Origin: an uncultured Verrucomicrobiae bacterium
GTDB taxonomy: Bacteria; Verrucomicrobiota; Verrucomicrobiia; Limisphaerales; Palsa-1400
NCBI GenBank assembly: GCA_963707025.1
Contig: CAVPOM010000012.1
Coordinates: forward strand, 256,001 to 320,000
Length of the DNA: 64,000 bases
Reading direction: 5' to 3'
Positions 39,723-49,440 of the stretch are shown piece after piece. The number at the start of each line of letters is the position of its first letter. Position 1 is the stretch's first letter. The position numbers and the translations under genes were made by a program. The notes beneath the pieces are model-generated. The model was not told the DNA's origin, did not search any database, and saw only the letters and a list, made by a program, of their open reading frames with translations.

Positions 39723-40388
39723 TCAGTACTTGAGATGGTAGTAGAGCGACTTGATGAATTCGTTCTGAAAGGCAACCAGTCCCTCCTCGTGCTGCCACCA
39801 GTTGGTTAGTCCATACTCTTTCTGTTGGATGGCGTGGACATGAACTTGCACGCCGGTGCCTTCCAATTCCTTTTGAAAAATCCAGCGGGCGCGGCGGGTA
39901 TGCGAGAGGTCGGTGGCGAGCAAAATGGACTTCGCACTATTGGTTGCAAGCCAGGCGCGAACCGCCCGGGCTTCGTCGTAGGTGGTGGCAACGCCATTGC
40001 CGACAGCCGCGATCGCTGTGTCTGGAACATCGTTGCTGAGAAGGACCCGGCGGGTGAACTCCTTCTCTGAAAGCACCAGCCCTTGCCTGGCCGCCTGGCT
40101 GGGTTTGACATCCATGTAAAGGATGAGGGGCGCGATGCCGGCATGGTAAAGCCGCGCGGCTTCATACGGTCGAAGCTCGGGCTTGCCGCCCAGGACCACA
40201 ATCGCATCCGCCTTCGCCGGGGGATCGTTTACGACCCATGCCTGGGCCACACCGGTGAGCAAGGGTGCGCGAAAGACATAGCAAACCAGAAGCAGGGCGC
40301 AGCCGGACGCCAGTAACCAGGCGGACTGGCGGAGCCGAGGGTGGCGTTTGCCGGCAATCGTGGCGGGCGGCGGGACAAGCGAGGGCAT
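39723..40388 (-). CDS. YdcF/DUF218 (ElyC-like) protein
   Basis: ADAIVVLGG, TTYDEA, LATDLSHTRRA, EFIK. Confidence 0.88.
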   Translation of the reverse strand: MPSLVPPPATIAGKRHPRLRQSAWLLASGCALLLVCYVFRAPLLTGVAQAWVVNDPPAKADAIVVLGGKPELRPYEAARLYHAGIAPLILYMDVKPSQAARQGLVLSEKEFTRRVLLSNDVPDTAIAAVGNGVATTYDEARAVRAWLATNSAKSILLATDLSHTRRARWIFQKELEGTGVQVHVHAIQQKEYGLTNWWQHEEGLVAFQNEFIKSLYYHLKY

Positions 40389-40618
40389 GCGGTCGGAGGC
40401 CAGAGGCCACAGGTCAGAGAACGACAGACTTCGTCCCCGTCAATTCGCAGGCGCCCATCTGTTTGGCGCTACGATCTACTGATGGCCAGCCGTCTGTTTC
40501 CATGGAATATGTGGACGGAGTTTGGGGCGGATGATGCGCCTTTAACTCTCAAATCCACCGGTCTTTTCTTGCTCCACCAACTCAATGCTCGATTTCAAAA
40601 AATACCTCAGCCTCTTCC

Positions 40619-42772
40619 TCAGGCGATCTTGGCGGAGGTCTTGTCCTGCGCAAATTTGTCATAGTAATAGCTGCGCGCCGAGGCGTCGGCCCCGTTAAAA
40701 ACCACGCCCAGCACCCTGGCTTGCCGCTGGGCCAGCAGGTCGAGTGCTTCGCTCACCGCGCGAGCGCTGGAATGGCCCCGGCGCACGACGAACAGCGTGC
40801 CGTCCACCTTCGGCGCCAGACAACTGGCGTCGTCCGCGGCGAAGAGCGGGCTGCTGTCAATCACCACGTAATCAAATTCCCGGCGCCATCGCGCCAAAAC
40901 CTGATCGAGGCCGGAACCGAGAAAAAGATCCCCCGGATTGCCGGGGTTGGATCCGCGGGAAACAAACGCAAAATTTGGCAAGGAGTCTCGCTGAATAACC
41001 TTGTCCGCCTCGCACGCCTGGCGCAGCAGTTCCGCCAATCCCGGTTCGCCCTGCATCTTCAGCAAACGATGCAGGCCGCCCCGGCGCAGGTCGCCATCCA
41101 CCAGCAGCACGCGGGAACCGGAGAGAACCAGGGCGCGGGCCAGGTTTGCCGCCACGGTGGATTTCCCCTCGCCGGGCATGGCGCTGGTGATCAACAGGAC
41201 TTTGGGCCGCTCCCCCCCGGTTGCCAGAAAGAGCAGGCCGGATCGAAGACGGCGAAAGGATTCGGCGTAACCGTGCCGGGAGTCGTCCGACTCCAGCAGG
41301 CGCATGGGGTCCTTGCCCTTGCGGGTCACTTCCGGCAGCAGCCCGACAACGGCATCTCCGAGAGTGGAATTTACTTCGGTTGCGGAGGTGAAACGGTCAT
41401 CGCGCTTTTCGATCAGGAAAACGATTCCGGCGCCAAGTGCCAGCCCGCCGAAGAGGGCCAGGGCGCCGGCCTTGATCCATTGACTGTAAGTGCGTTTTGC
41501 GGGAGATGCCGGCTCCAGGATGGCCAGGGTTTCGAGGTCTGTGTTCCGGGTGATATCCACATTCTGCAGAAGGGTCGCCAGCCGGTCATACAGGCTTTGG
41601 GAGCGAGTCACATTCTGCTTCAGGCGCTCCGCTTCGGCAATGCGGCTGCTGGACTCCGTCACCTTGCCTTCCCAATCTTTGATGGAGGCCAGGACGTTGG
41701 TCATCTTCATGTTGACGGCCTCTTGGGAAGCCAGCAGTTGATCGTGGTTTTGACCGCGAAACAGTTCGATGAGTTTCTCGCCGCGAGCGATTTCCGCATC
41801 CAGAGCGGCTATTTTGGGATGTTTGGGCCGGAGATATTTGCTCAATTTCTCCCGCTGAATTTTGAGAAGCTCCACTTCCTGATAGGGCGTCAACTGCGCA
41901 CTGTTGGCGGCAGACGGGCCGGTTGCACCCAGGTTTTTGATGAGGTCAACCGGGTCCCGGCCGCTGGAGTTGATTGCTGGCATGTCCCCCTTCTGCTCCA
42001 CGGCAATGGCCTTGAGCAGTTGAGATTGCAGTTGCAGATCGGAAAGGTCCGTTTGCAGTTTTTCCAGATACCCCCCGGCGATGGTGCCCTCCTCCTGCAA
42101 AATGGCCAAATTATTCGTGCGTTGGAAGACGGTGAGTTCGTCCTGGGCGGACTTCAGATCCCTTTCCAAAGCCTCGACTTGCGCCGAGATGGAAGCGGCG
42201 GTCTCGCCTGAAACCAATTTACGAACCGTCTTCTTGTACTCCAGGTAGCCACTCATGAGAGCATCCAGATAGTTTTGGCTAAAGGCTGGATCCGCGCTGC
42301 TGGCGGTAATGACAAAGACCGTGCTCTTGGGGGCCTCTTTGAAGTTGAGGGTGGCTTGCAGCGCAAGACCATCTTTGCCCAGCGGGACGCCGTTGCTGCC
42401 GGAGGCGCGCAAACGTTCCAGGGCCGCCTGCCCCATCCGGGCGCTCTTCAGCAGTTCGATTTGAGTGCCGATATAAGTCGTTGCATCCTCCGTGAAAAGA
42501 GCGCCTTCAGACAAATGAAGTTTCTCGGTTTCCCACATGGCGGCGGAGGAAACGTAAACCGGGGGCGTCCACACCATGAAGCCGATGGCCGCCCCGCTGG
42601 CCAGCAACAGGGTGAGGACCGGAACCCACCAATACTTCCGGAGAAAAACAAAAAATCTTTGCGCGCCGCCGGACGAACCGCCCGCGCCGTAATCGTCCAA
42701 CGGACCCGGGGATGAATCGTCCCGGCTCGGAGGCATTGGCGGCGTTGGCGGTATGGGAGAGGAGGCTTGCAC
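40619..42772 (-). CDS. wzc: Polysaccharide co-polymerase / tyrosine autokinase
   Basis: Two TMs flanking a coiled coil, ESFRRLRS, Walker A GEGKST, DGDLR, IDSSP, C-terminal YYY. Confidence 0.93.
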   Translation of the reverse strand: MQASSPIPPTPPMPPSRDDSSPGPLDDYGAGGSSGGAQRFFVFLRKYWWVPVLTLLLASGAAIGFMVWTPPVYVSSAAMWETEKLHLSEGALFTEDATTYIGTQIELLKSARMGQAALERLRASGSNGVPLGKDGLALQATLNFKEAPKSTVFVITASSADPAFSQNYLDALMSGYLEYKKTVRKLVSGETAASISAQVEALERDLKSAQDELTVFQRTNNLAILQEEGTIAGGYLEKLQTDLSDLQLQSQLLKAIAVEQKGDMPAINSSGRDPVDLIKNLGATGPSAANSAQLTPYQEVELLKIQREKLSKYLRPKHPKIAALDAEIARGEKLIELFRGQNHDQLLASQEAVNMKMTNVLASIKDWEGKVTESSSRIAEAERLKQNVTRSQSLYDRLATLLQNVDITRNTDLETLAILEPASPAKRTYSQWIKAGALALFGGLALGAGIVFLIEKRDDRFTSATEVNSTLGDAVVGLLPEVTRKGKDPMRLLESDDSRHGYAESFRRLRSGLLFLATGGERPKVLLITSAMPGEGKSTVAANLARALVLSGSRVLLVDGDLRRGGLHRLLKMQGEPGLAELLRQACEADKVIQRDSLPNFAFVSRGSNPGNPGDLFLGSGLDQVLARWRREFDYVVIDSSPLFAADDASCLAPKVDGTLFVVRRGHSSARAVSEALDLLAQRQARVLGVVFNGADASARSYYYDKFAQDKTSAKIA

Positions 42773-42785
42773 GGCGGAAAATTAA

Positions 42786-43628
42786 TCAGAATCGGATCAG
42801 ACGATCAGGCACATAGATGAGATCGCCGGATTCCAGGATCAAATCCGTCTCGATCTTGCCTTTGTCAAAAATCTCTCCCACGTCCACGGTGAATGTTTTT
42901 TTGTCGGCTTTGCCCGCAGGCGCTTTGTCCGCGGCGACTTTTCGCGTGACTTTCACATGGCGCCGGTCTGCATAATCGGTGAAGTCCCCCGCGCGCAGAA
43001 CCGCTTTGCTCAGGGTGAGGACCTCGTCGCCCGGAAGCTCCACCGGGCCAGGCAATCGCACCGCGCCCACCAAATAGACCCGGCCGTGGCTCTTGGTCAT
43101 TAGATCAACCGCGAGGATCACCGTGGCCTGGTAGTAGTATTCCTTTTCCAGCTCGGTTTTGATTTCCGCCGCCAACTGCCGGCAGGTTTTGTTTTCCGCG
43201 GGAACCCGCCCGATATACGGCACTTCAAGGTCTCCGGAGTCGGTGACAAAGAGCGGCTTGGGATCTTCCTCGTCTTCCACTATCCGAAAACTCAGGCGGT
43301 CGCCAATCGTCAGCTTGTGTTTGTCGTCCAGAACAGCCGCGGAGTTGGTCGCGGCGGTTTGGGACGGGTTTGTTGCCGTGGCCGCCGTGTCGCGGATGGG
43401 ACCGGGCGCGGGCCTGTTCGTTCCCGCTTGGGGCGCAACGGGCATGGCCTTGGCCGGCGCTTCGGTCATGGACTCTGTCGCCACGGCGTTGCTCTGTGGG
43501 GCGGCAGGAGTCGGTTCGCCAGCCCACGCCGCGGCGTTCAACCACAGCAAGACGGAGATGCATCCGAGCCTGACCATCGCCCGAACGGGCCTCGTTAAGT
43601 ATTGAATGCCGGCTGAGATGAGGTTCAT
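42786..43628 (-). CDS. wza: Polysaccharide export protein (Poly_export + SLBB)
   Basis: LTIGDRL, VPYIG, VYLVGAVRLPG, LESGDLIYVP; ATG overlaps the upstream TGA. Confidence 0.88.
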   Translation of the reverse strand: MNLISAGIQYLTRPVRAMVRLGCISVLLWLNAAAWAGEPTPAAPQSNAVATESMTEAPAKAMPVAPQAGTNRPAPGPIRDTAATATNPSQTAATNSAAVLDDKHKLTIGDRLSFRIVEDEEDPKPLFVTDSGDLEVPYIGRVPAENKTCRQLAAEIKTELEKEYYYQATVILAVDLMTKSHGRVYLVGAVRLPGPVELPGDEVLTLSKAVLRAGDFTDYADRRHVKVTRKVAADKAPAGKADKKTFTVDVGEIFDKGKIETDLILESGDLIYVPDRLIRF

Positions 43629-45031
43629 GGCGTTTGATAGGTAAGGCAAAGTCCCACCAAGTTCTGGGTGTATTCATCGTCGGGGATGTCGGAGGAACGG
43701 AGTGTCAAACGGTAGTTCACGCTTAAAACGAGGTCTTTCATCAGCGGATAACTGAGCGTCAATCCGCCTCCATACCAGTTGTAGGTTTCGGTGAGATTTC
43801 CCGACACATTCCCCGCCCCCTGCTTTCCGTGCTCGTAGAAAAGCGAGGTGTTCAGGTTCAGATCTTTGCAAATCGTCCAGGTAATGTTCGGCCGGAAGTA
43901 GGAGTCTTCAATCACGTCAGACAGGATGCCAAGACGAATCTCGTGGCCGGCGCTCACGGCATAGCTGAATGCCTTGCTGGCCTGGTGGGACACGGTCAAG
44001 CCGGCGTACCAAGAGTTCAAGTCCGAGGTTTGGATGGATTGTTCGACCGGGGGAACGAATGGGGCCGGAGAAAAATTTGGGATGGACTGGCTGGTGTGCT
44101 GGAATTGATAAATAGCATAGCCGGCCCGAGGCTGCACATGGAGATTCAAACCAGGTTTCCAGTCGGCGTAAAGGCCGGCGCTGTAACTTTGATTGTCGTT
44201 CAACACCGCTTGATCGTAACTTGTGTAGGAAGCGCTGCCCTCAATGCCGGCGGTCAATTGCGAATTGAACCGAAACCCGGCCCGGGCCAGCGGAAGCTCT
44301 GAAGATTGGTCAAGGTAGCTGAATTGTCCGGAGGTGGCGAGGGAAATCAGGTGATCGTAGCCAAGGGTCAACACCACATCCTCCAAATCCCAAGTGGCGC
44401 TGAGACCCGCCGTGTTGTTGAACGTTCCATATTGCGCTGTTCCAGCCAGGGCGGCCTCGGCGGCCGGATCCTCAACAGAGGAGAACCGGTCATGGAAATT
44501 AATCCAAACATCCTTGATGTACATGTCGAATGAGAGCAGGGAAGCAGAATTCAGGCGCAGGGCGCTGTACTGGCCGTGCTCCAGGTACTCGTCCCAGCCC
44601 ACCGCGGCGAAAAAACTGAGCAGGTTATGTTGCGTCACCGGATAACTCCCGGTCAATTGCAGAAGCGGCATCAGGATGAAGTCTTGTTGTGCGCCCGTCT
44701 TGGCAAGGTTTACGTTGTCGTTGAAATCCATTTCCAGCGAGGGCACGGCCAGCAACCTGAAATCCCCGGCCTTGTAGGTGTACATCTGCGCGCCGATCTG
44801 TTGGCGCTGGGCCTCCGCCGCAGCATCGCCAGCCAATGAGTTGCGCAACGAATCCTGGGCCGAAGCCGCTCCGGCGGCCAGCAGCACGGACGCGGCCAGC
44901 CACCGGCCACGCCTGGCGCCAATCGTAACCCCATGCGGGCCCGATTCGCTGGCGCCAGCAACCAGACCGCCGCTCGGTCCGTGCTTCAATTCCGAACGGC
45001 TCCAAAACTCTCGCGTTGAAATTGCAGCCAT
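43625..45031 (-). CDS. EPS-associated outer-membrane beta-barrel protein
   Basis: Signal peptide ending ASA, DFNDNV motif, alternating beta-strands, upstream of wza/wzc. Start uncertain (ORF track 45094). Confidence 0.78.
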   Translation of the reverse strand: MAAISTREFWSRSELKHGPSGGLVAGASESGPHGVTIGARRGRWLAASVLLAAGAASAQDSLRNSLAGDAAAEAQRQQIGAQMYTYKAGDFRLLAVPSLEMDFNDNVNLAKTGAQQDFILMPLLQLTGSYPVTQHNLLSFFAAVGWDEYLEHGQYSALRLNSASLLSFDMYIKDVWINFHDRFSSVEDPAAEAALAGTAQYGTFNNTAGLSATWDLEDVVLTLGYDHLISLATSGQFSYLDQSSELPLARAGFRFNSQLTAGIEGSASYTSYDQAVLNDNQSYSAGLYADWKPGLNLHVQPRAGYAIYQFQHTSQSIPNFSPAPFVPPVEQSIQTSDLNSWYAGLTVSHQASKAFSYAVSAGHEIRLGILSDVIEDSYFRPNITWTICKDLNLNTSLFYEHGKQGAGNVSGNLTETYNWYGGGLTLSYPLMKDLVLSVNYRLTLRSSDIPDDEYTQNLVGLCLTYQTP

Positions 45032-45406
45032 ATTCTTTTCAGCCAACCATTTGCATGTTGGGGACAAAATGGCGCAAAGCGCCTTTCCTTCCACCGGTCA
45101 GCGACAGGTTCAGCAGCGCGGTCATAGTCGCCTTGACTTCATGCGACGCCATTTCGATGGCGAATTTCAAGGAGTTGACAGCACGGAACGGAACAAGGTG
45201 AAACGGGAGCATGATGTGGCACGGTTAAGGACTGGCAGCATGACGGTCAATTTTCAAATACCGTGACCGCACGGCAAAGCGCCCCCTCTCCGGAAGAGGG
45301 TTTGCCGGCACAAAAATACTCCTGCTGACCACATGCCGAGGAGACTACACACCCAATGTTATGAAAATGCGTCGGATTGGAAACGATTGTGTGAATTCCC
45401 CCCCCC

Positions 45407-45429
45407 AAAAAAAAACCGGCGCCGCCGGT
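45407..45429 (-). terminator. Intrinsic terminator after the DUF2723 gene
   Basis: Minus strand CCGGC-GGC-GCCGG followed by T9. Confidence 0.6.
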
Positions 45430-45472
45430 GATCAGGCGGGCGTGGCCTGGGCGACCTGCGTTTCCATCCCCT

Positions 45473-48424
45473 TCAATGACCCTCCAATTTGCGGACTTGC
45501 TGGGTTAAGTTGGTGAATTCCAACGTGTCGTGGGGGGCGTATCGGAGGTAAAGTCTGTCGTAGCGGAGCTCTGCCGTCTTGTCGTTTTGCTTTCGGGCGA
45601 CTTGGCCCAGACCGTAATAGACCGCTGGCGACGGTTCCGGCATCATTTTTTCCACAGCCTGAAAATCATTTCTGGCGGCGTCAAGCCGGTTGACTTGCAG
45701 TTCGGAAACGGCGCGGTTGAGAAGCGGCGCCGGGTTGGCGGGATCCCGTTGCACCATCGCGGTCCACGTGATGATGGCAGCCTCATAATCCTTGATCGCC
45801 ATTTGCATTTCAGCCCTGCGGAGATTGACCAGGCTGACCTCCTGCAGGTTGGCCGTGGGGCCAGTGAGCAATTGCAGGTGTTCATCAAGGGCCGTCAACG
45901 CTTTCTTGAACCATTGGGCCGCCTCTTTCTCCCTGGCGGGGTCCTCTTTGCTGGCGCGCAATACCCGATTGCCCATGAGCCGGTAAATCTCGGCCATCAC
46001 ACCGGCAAATTTGTCATCTTTCGGATTCTTGTTGTGCGCCTCGGCCAGCAACTTATCGGCCTGCGCAAAGTTGTTCGTGGTGAGATAGGCCAGGGCTTCC
46101 ACGGCCGCCAGCTCCAGCGGATTGCCCACGGAACGTTCGCGCATGTCTCTGATGAGGGCGAAGGCTGCATCCACCAGTCCCATATCAATATAGGTGTTGG
46201 CCAGGTCCAGTTCGCCCACGGGGTTGTTGGGCGCCAACTCCAGGCTGCGTTGAAACAAAGGAGCGGCCTGCAGATAAGCGCCGCGCTGGGCAAAATACCG
46301 GCCGATTTGGATGTCCAGGTCAGGCACATCCGCCGGGCCGTAGGCACCGAGCGCAAAGTCCCAACGGTCGTTAAAATGCACGGCCACATCGGACACAGCG
46401 ATCAGCGGGCCGGCGGGGGGCGCTCCGCGTAAGTGCTCGTTGTATTGTTGGTTGGCCCGGGCCAACACGTTGTTTGGATTGAGGCGAATCGCCTCCATAA
46501 ACTGGGCGTTCGCGTCTTCGAGCAGAATCGGGAGCTTGCGCCGCATGCCGGTCTTTTGGAGTTCGGTGCCCCAGTAATCCAGAATTTGCGAATAATAGCC
46601 GGCGATCCGTCGGGCATCCGCGCTGTCCTTTGCAAGTTCCGGCAATGAGGCCAGCGATTCCCTTTCCAGCGTGTGCCAATAGGCCTGATTGGTGGCGATG
46701 GCTGGCGCAGACAGCCCCAGCGTTTCCAGCACGTTGCTCGGATAGGGATGCAAATAGCCGCCCAAACGATGGGGCGTCATGCAAACCCGCTCCAGCAAGC
46801 TGCCAAAGCTGGGATGCAAATAATAAACCCGCTGCTGCTGGACGAGATGCGCCAAAAGATCGCCTGCTTGCTGGTCCGTAATCTGCCCGGGCAGGTGGTC
46901 TCGATTGGCCAGTTCCTTCCCAAAGCTCGGGTAGCGATTGGCCAGATAGCTCAAATACTCCCGATGGACCAGCGACCGGCTCTCCACAAAAATGTATTGA
47001 TCGGGCAGATCCAGCCTCTGGCGGGCGCCCATGGCCAGATACAGCCGGGCCGGATCGTCCGCCAGCACCACGGCAGGCTCCGCGGGCATGGCTTTGGCCA
47101 TCTCTTTTCCAAATTGGGCGACCGCGGGGCTGGTGAGGTCCCGAATCGGGTGAAAACTTTCGCGGAACAACATCGCAGGCAACCCAATCGCCGCCACACA
47201 AAGCAATCCCACCACCACCCTGTTTATCATGCGCCCGATCCCCGTGGTCCGGCGCCAGCGGAGGATCTCCTCTTTCCCAAACACCAGAAGAACGTAGCCG
47301 CTGTAATACCCCACGCTCAACGCCGCCAAATAGTAAAAGCTCAGCAAGCCCGGCGCCCCCGCCATCACGCCCATGCCCATGCTCCGCGGGGTGGGGATTG
47401 ATTTCACATTGAAAAACATCAAAACCCCGAGGGCCAAAAGCACCAGGTGCAACACGCGAACCAGCGCGCGGTTCAGGCCGTGCGCGCCGGCGGCCAAATC
47501 GTCCGTGGACGACCGCCACTTGATTGCCGCGTAGAACAGCGGAAGCAAGGTGGGCACACTGGCGATGGCCGCATAGTACCTCGGTATCCTGGTCAGGAAC
47601 AGGTATTGCTCGGCCAACTTCTGGCGCAGCAGTTCCACAAAACCGCCGTCACCAGACGCGGCCCCCAGCAGCGGAATCAGCCCGTAGAACAGCAGCCCCA
47701 AGCCGCCCCAACCAGTCATCCGCATCACGAACCTCCAGTGGAAGAACCCGCTGCCTTCGATCCAGATCAGCGCCAGCAAAAAACATGGGAAAAAACCGAT
47801 CAGCGCCCCATTGTTGGCCACACCGGCCCCATAGACGAAGGCAAACAGGTTTAACCGCCTCCGGCTCCGCGAGATGCGAAACTCCAGCAGACAGAGAATC
47901 AGGAACGCGAAAACCAACAGATCCATCATTTCCCCCGTCCCCGAAACGGCGTTCTCCCAGAAGGTCAATTGCCCCGCCAGCAGCAGCACGGCGAACGCTG
48001 CCGGCAAAAACGCCGCGCGCACCGACAGCAGCGCATGTTCTCCCTCCTCCCGCCACCGCTGCTCTTCAGTGCGGTCATGCGATAAAAGCCGCACGGAGCG
48101 GGCCAGCATGGCCAGCGTCAAGGCCGCGCAAAACGCCGTCAACACATTCAACCCCATGACCCGCCAGCCCACGGGCAGCAGCCGCAATGGAAAGGTCAAA
48201 ATCAAAAACAGCGGTTGATACTGGAGTTGGGGCCGCCACGGCAGCGGACCGGGATGCCAGTCCCAGCCCGTGATCTGCGACGCAAAAGGAAGACTGCCGA
48301 ACGTCACCCAGTGGTTCAATGTCAACCCGTAGAGCGCCAGCGCCGCCAGCGCGACCAGCAGGGGACATAAAATGATGGGGCGTTTGACCCCAGGTCCGAT
48401 TGTTCTCTCGCTCTCTGCTGCCAT
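45473..48424 (-). CDS. DUF2723 (TMEM260-like) polytopic membrane protein with C-terminal TPRs
   Basis: LYGLTL, PLFLILT, MGLNVLTA, TFWENAV, FVYGAGVANN; about 11 TM segments, then TPRs. Confidence 0.72.
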   Translation of the reverse strand: MAAESERTIGPGVKRPIILCPLLVALAALALYGLTLNHWVTFGSLPFASQITGWDWHPGPLPWRPQLQYQPLFLILTFPLRLLPVGWRVMGLNVLTAFCAALTLAMLARSVRLLSHDRTEEQRWREEGEHALLSVRAAFLPAAFAVLLLAGQLTFWENAVSGTGEMMDLLVFAFLILCLLEFRISRSRRRLNLFAFVYGAGVANNGALIGFFPCFLLALIWIEGSGFFHWRFVMRMTGWGGLGLLFYGLIPLLGAASGDGGFVELLRQKLAEQYLFLTRIPRYYAAIASVPTLLPLFYAAIKWRSSTDDLAAGAHGLNRALVRVLHLVLLALGVLMFFNVKSIPTPRSMGMGVMAGAPGLLSFYYLAALSVGYYSGYVLLVFGKEEILRWRRTTGIGRMINRVVVGLLCVAAIGLPAMLFRESFHPIRDLTSPAVAQFGKEMAKAMPAEPAVVLADDPARLYLAMGARQRLDLPDQYIFVESRSLVHREYLSYLANRYPSFGKELANRDHLPGQITDQQAGDLLAHLVQQQRVYYLHPSFGSLLERVCMTPHRLGGYLHPYPSNVLETLGLSAPAIATNQAYWHTLERESLASLPELAKDSADARRIAGYYSQILDYWGTELQKTGMRRKLPILLEDANAQFMEAIRLNPNNVLARANQQYNEHLRGAPPAGPLIAVSDVAVHFNDRWDFALGAYGPADVPDLDIQIGRYFAQRGAYLQAAPLFQRSLELAPNNPVGELDLANTYIDMGLVDAAFALIRDMRERSVGNPLELAAVEALAYLTTNNFAQADKLLAEAHNKNPKDDKFAGVMAEIYRLMGNRVLRASKEDPAREKEAAQWFKKALTALDEHLQLLTGPTANLQEVSLVNLRRAEMQMAIKDYEAAIITWTAMVQRDPANPAPLLNRAVSELQVNRLDAARNDFQAVEKMMPEPSPAVYYGLGQVARKQNDKTAELRYDRLYLRYAPHDTLEFTNLTQQVRKLEGH

Positions 48425-48469
48425 TGGCGGATCAATTCTGGACGACAGACCGCTCCCTAAACAAGGATA

Positions 48470-48797
48470 ATACCAAGCTCAAATTCATCACCCAAGTCAG
48501 CCACCTCCGGCAAAGCCGGAGGTCGCTGACTCGCAGCCTGGTGACCATCAACTTTACCGTTGTCCCGGTGGCGTTCTCGGATAACTACACGATCGCAGTG
48601 ACGGAAAACTATCAAACCTTCGTGCCCTTGCCGGTGCTGGTGGCATCGCCGGTCTTGCAGACATTTGATAATGTGACCCCCGCATTCCAAGCCACCTACA
48701 CCGTCACCGTGCAGAATCAAGGCCTGGTGCAAATGACCAATGTCACCATCAGCGGACAACAGGACGAAACCGCCAGTTATCAACCCCTGATCACCTT
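48470..48797 (+). pseudogene. Fragment of a large secreted protein, truncated at the IS end
   Basis: SLVTINFTVVPVAFSDNYTIAVTENYQTFVPLPVLVASP...TVQNQGLV is beta-rich and coding-like, has no start, and stops exactly at the IS left end. Confidence 0.6.
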
Positions 48798-49432
48798 CAC
48801 AGCCATCCCTCAGAAAATTGAAAAAAGTGTTGGCTTGTCCATTTGAACCTGCCACACGGCAGGCATGAAAAACAAAAAAATCAAACCAACACGCTCCCGG
48901 TTTAACGTTTTGCGCCAGATTTGCAATCTCATTCCTGCGCACCAAGTCTCCAAAATTGCGCGGGAGACGGGCGTCCTGGACAAGTCGCGCACGTTCACTC
49001 CGTGGAGCCACACGGTCAGCCTGCTGGACGCCCAACTGACCCACTGCCTCGGGCTCAACGATCTGTGCGACTCGCTGCAATTGCATTCCGGGCCGCTCTC
49101 CACCTCGCGCGGCGCCACCGCCCCCAGCCGCAACGGCCTCTCCCACGCCAACCGGGAGCGTCCGGCCCGGATGGCCGAACAGCTCTTCTGGCGGATGTTG
49201 GAGCATTTGAAACAACAGGCGCCCGGCTTTGCGGGGGGAAAGCGGCGCGGCCCCGCCTTCCGTTTCAAAGCGCCCATTCATGTGATGGACAGCACCGGCG
49301 CAGAAACAAACCCGGACGAATCCAAAAAGCCAAACTCGAAAAAATCAAAATCTCATTTTACGCCAAAGGCCCAGGAAACCCTTGCAAACCAAGGGGTCAG
49401 GACCAGACTTTTCCCCTTATGAGACGGGTGTG
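48798..49432 (+). mobile_element. Internally deleted (non-autonomous) IS4-family element, 635 bp
   Basis: Left end CACAGCCATCCC, transposase 5' part (48865-~49295) and right end ...CTTATGAGACGGGTGTG are all homologous to the 60522-61971 element. No target duplication. Confidence 0.88.
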
Positions 49433-49440
49433 AATTAAAT

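Noticed and set aside
45095..45400. ops/JUMPstart antitermination element or structured RNA in the EPS leader
   Set aside because: No GGCGGTAG-type motif seen, only a short hairpin at ~45284-45300. No tRNA, rRNA or riboswitch was recognised anywhere in the window.
45398..45415. C9-A9 tract as a phase-variation switch for the EPS operon
   Set aside because: The A9 is explained as a terminator U-tract, I found no promoter elements flanking the C9, and homopolymer lengths are unreliable in this contig.
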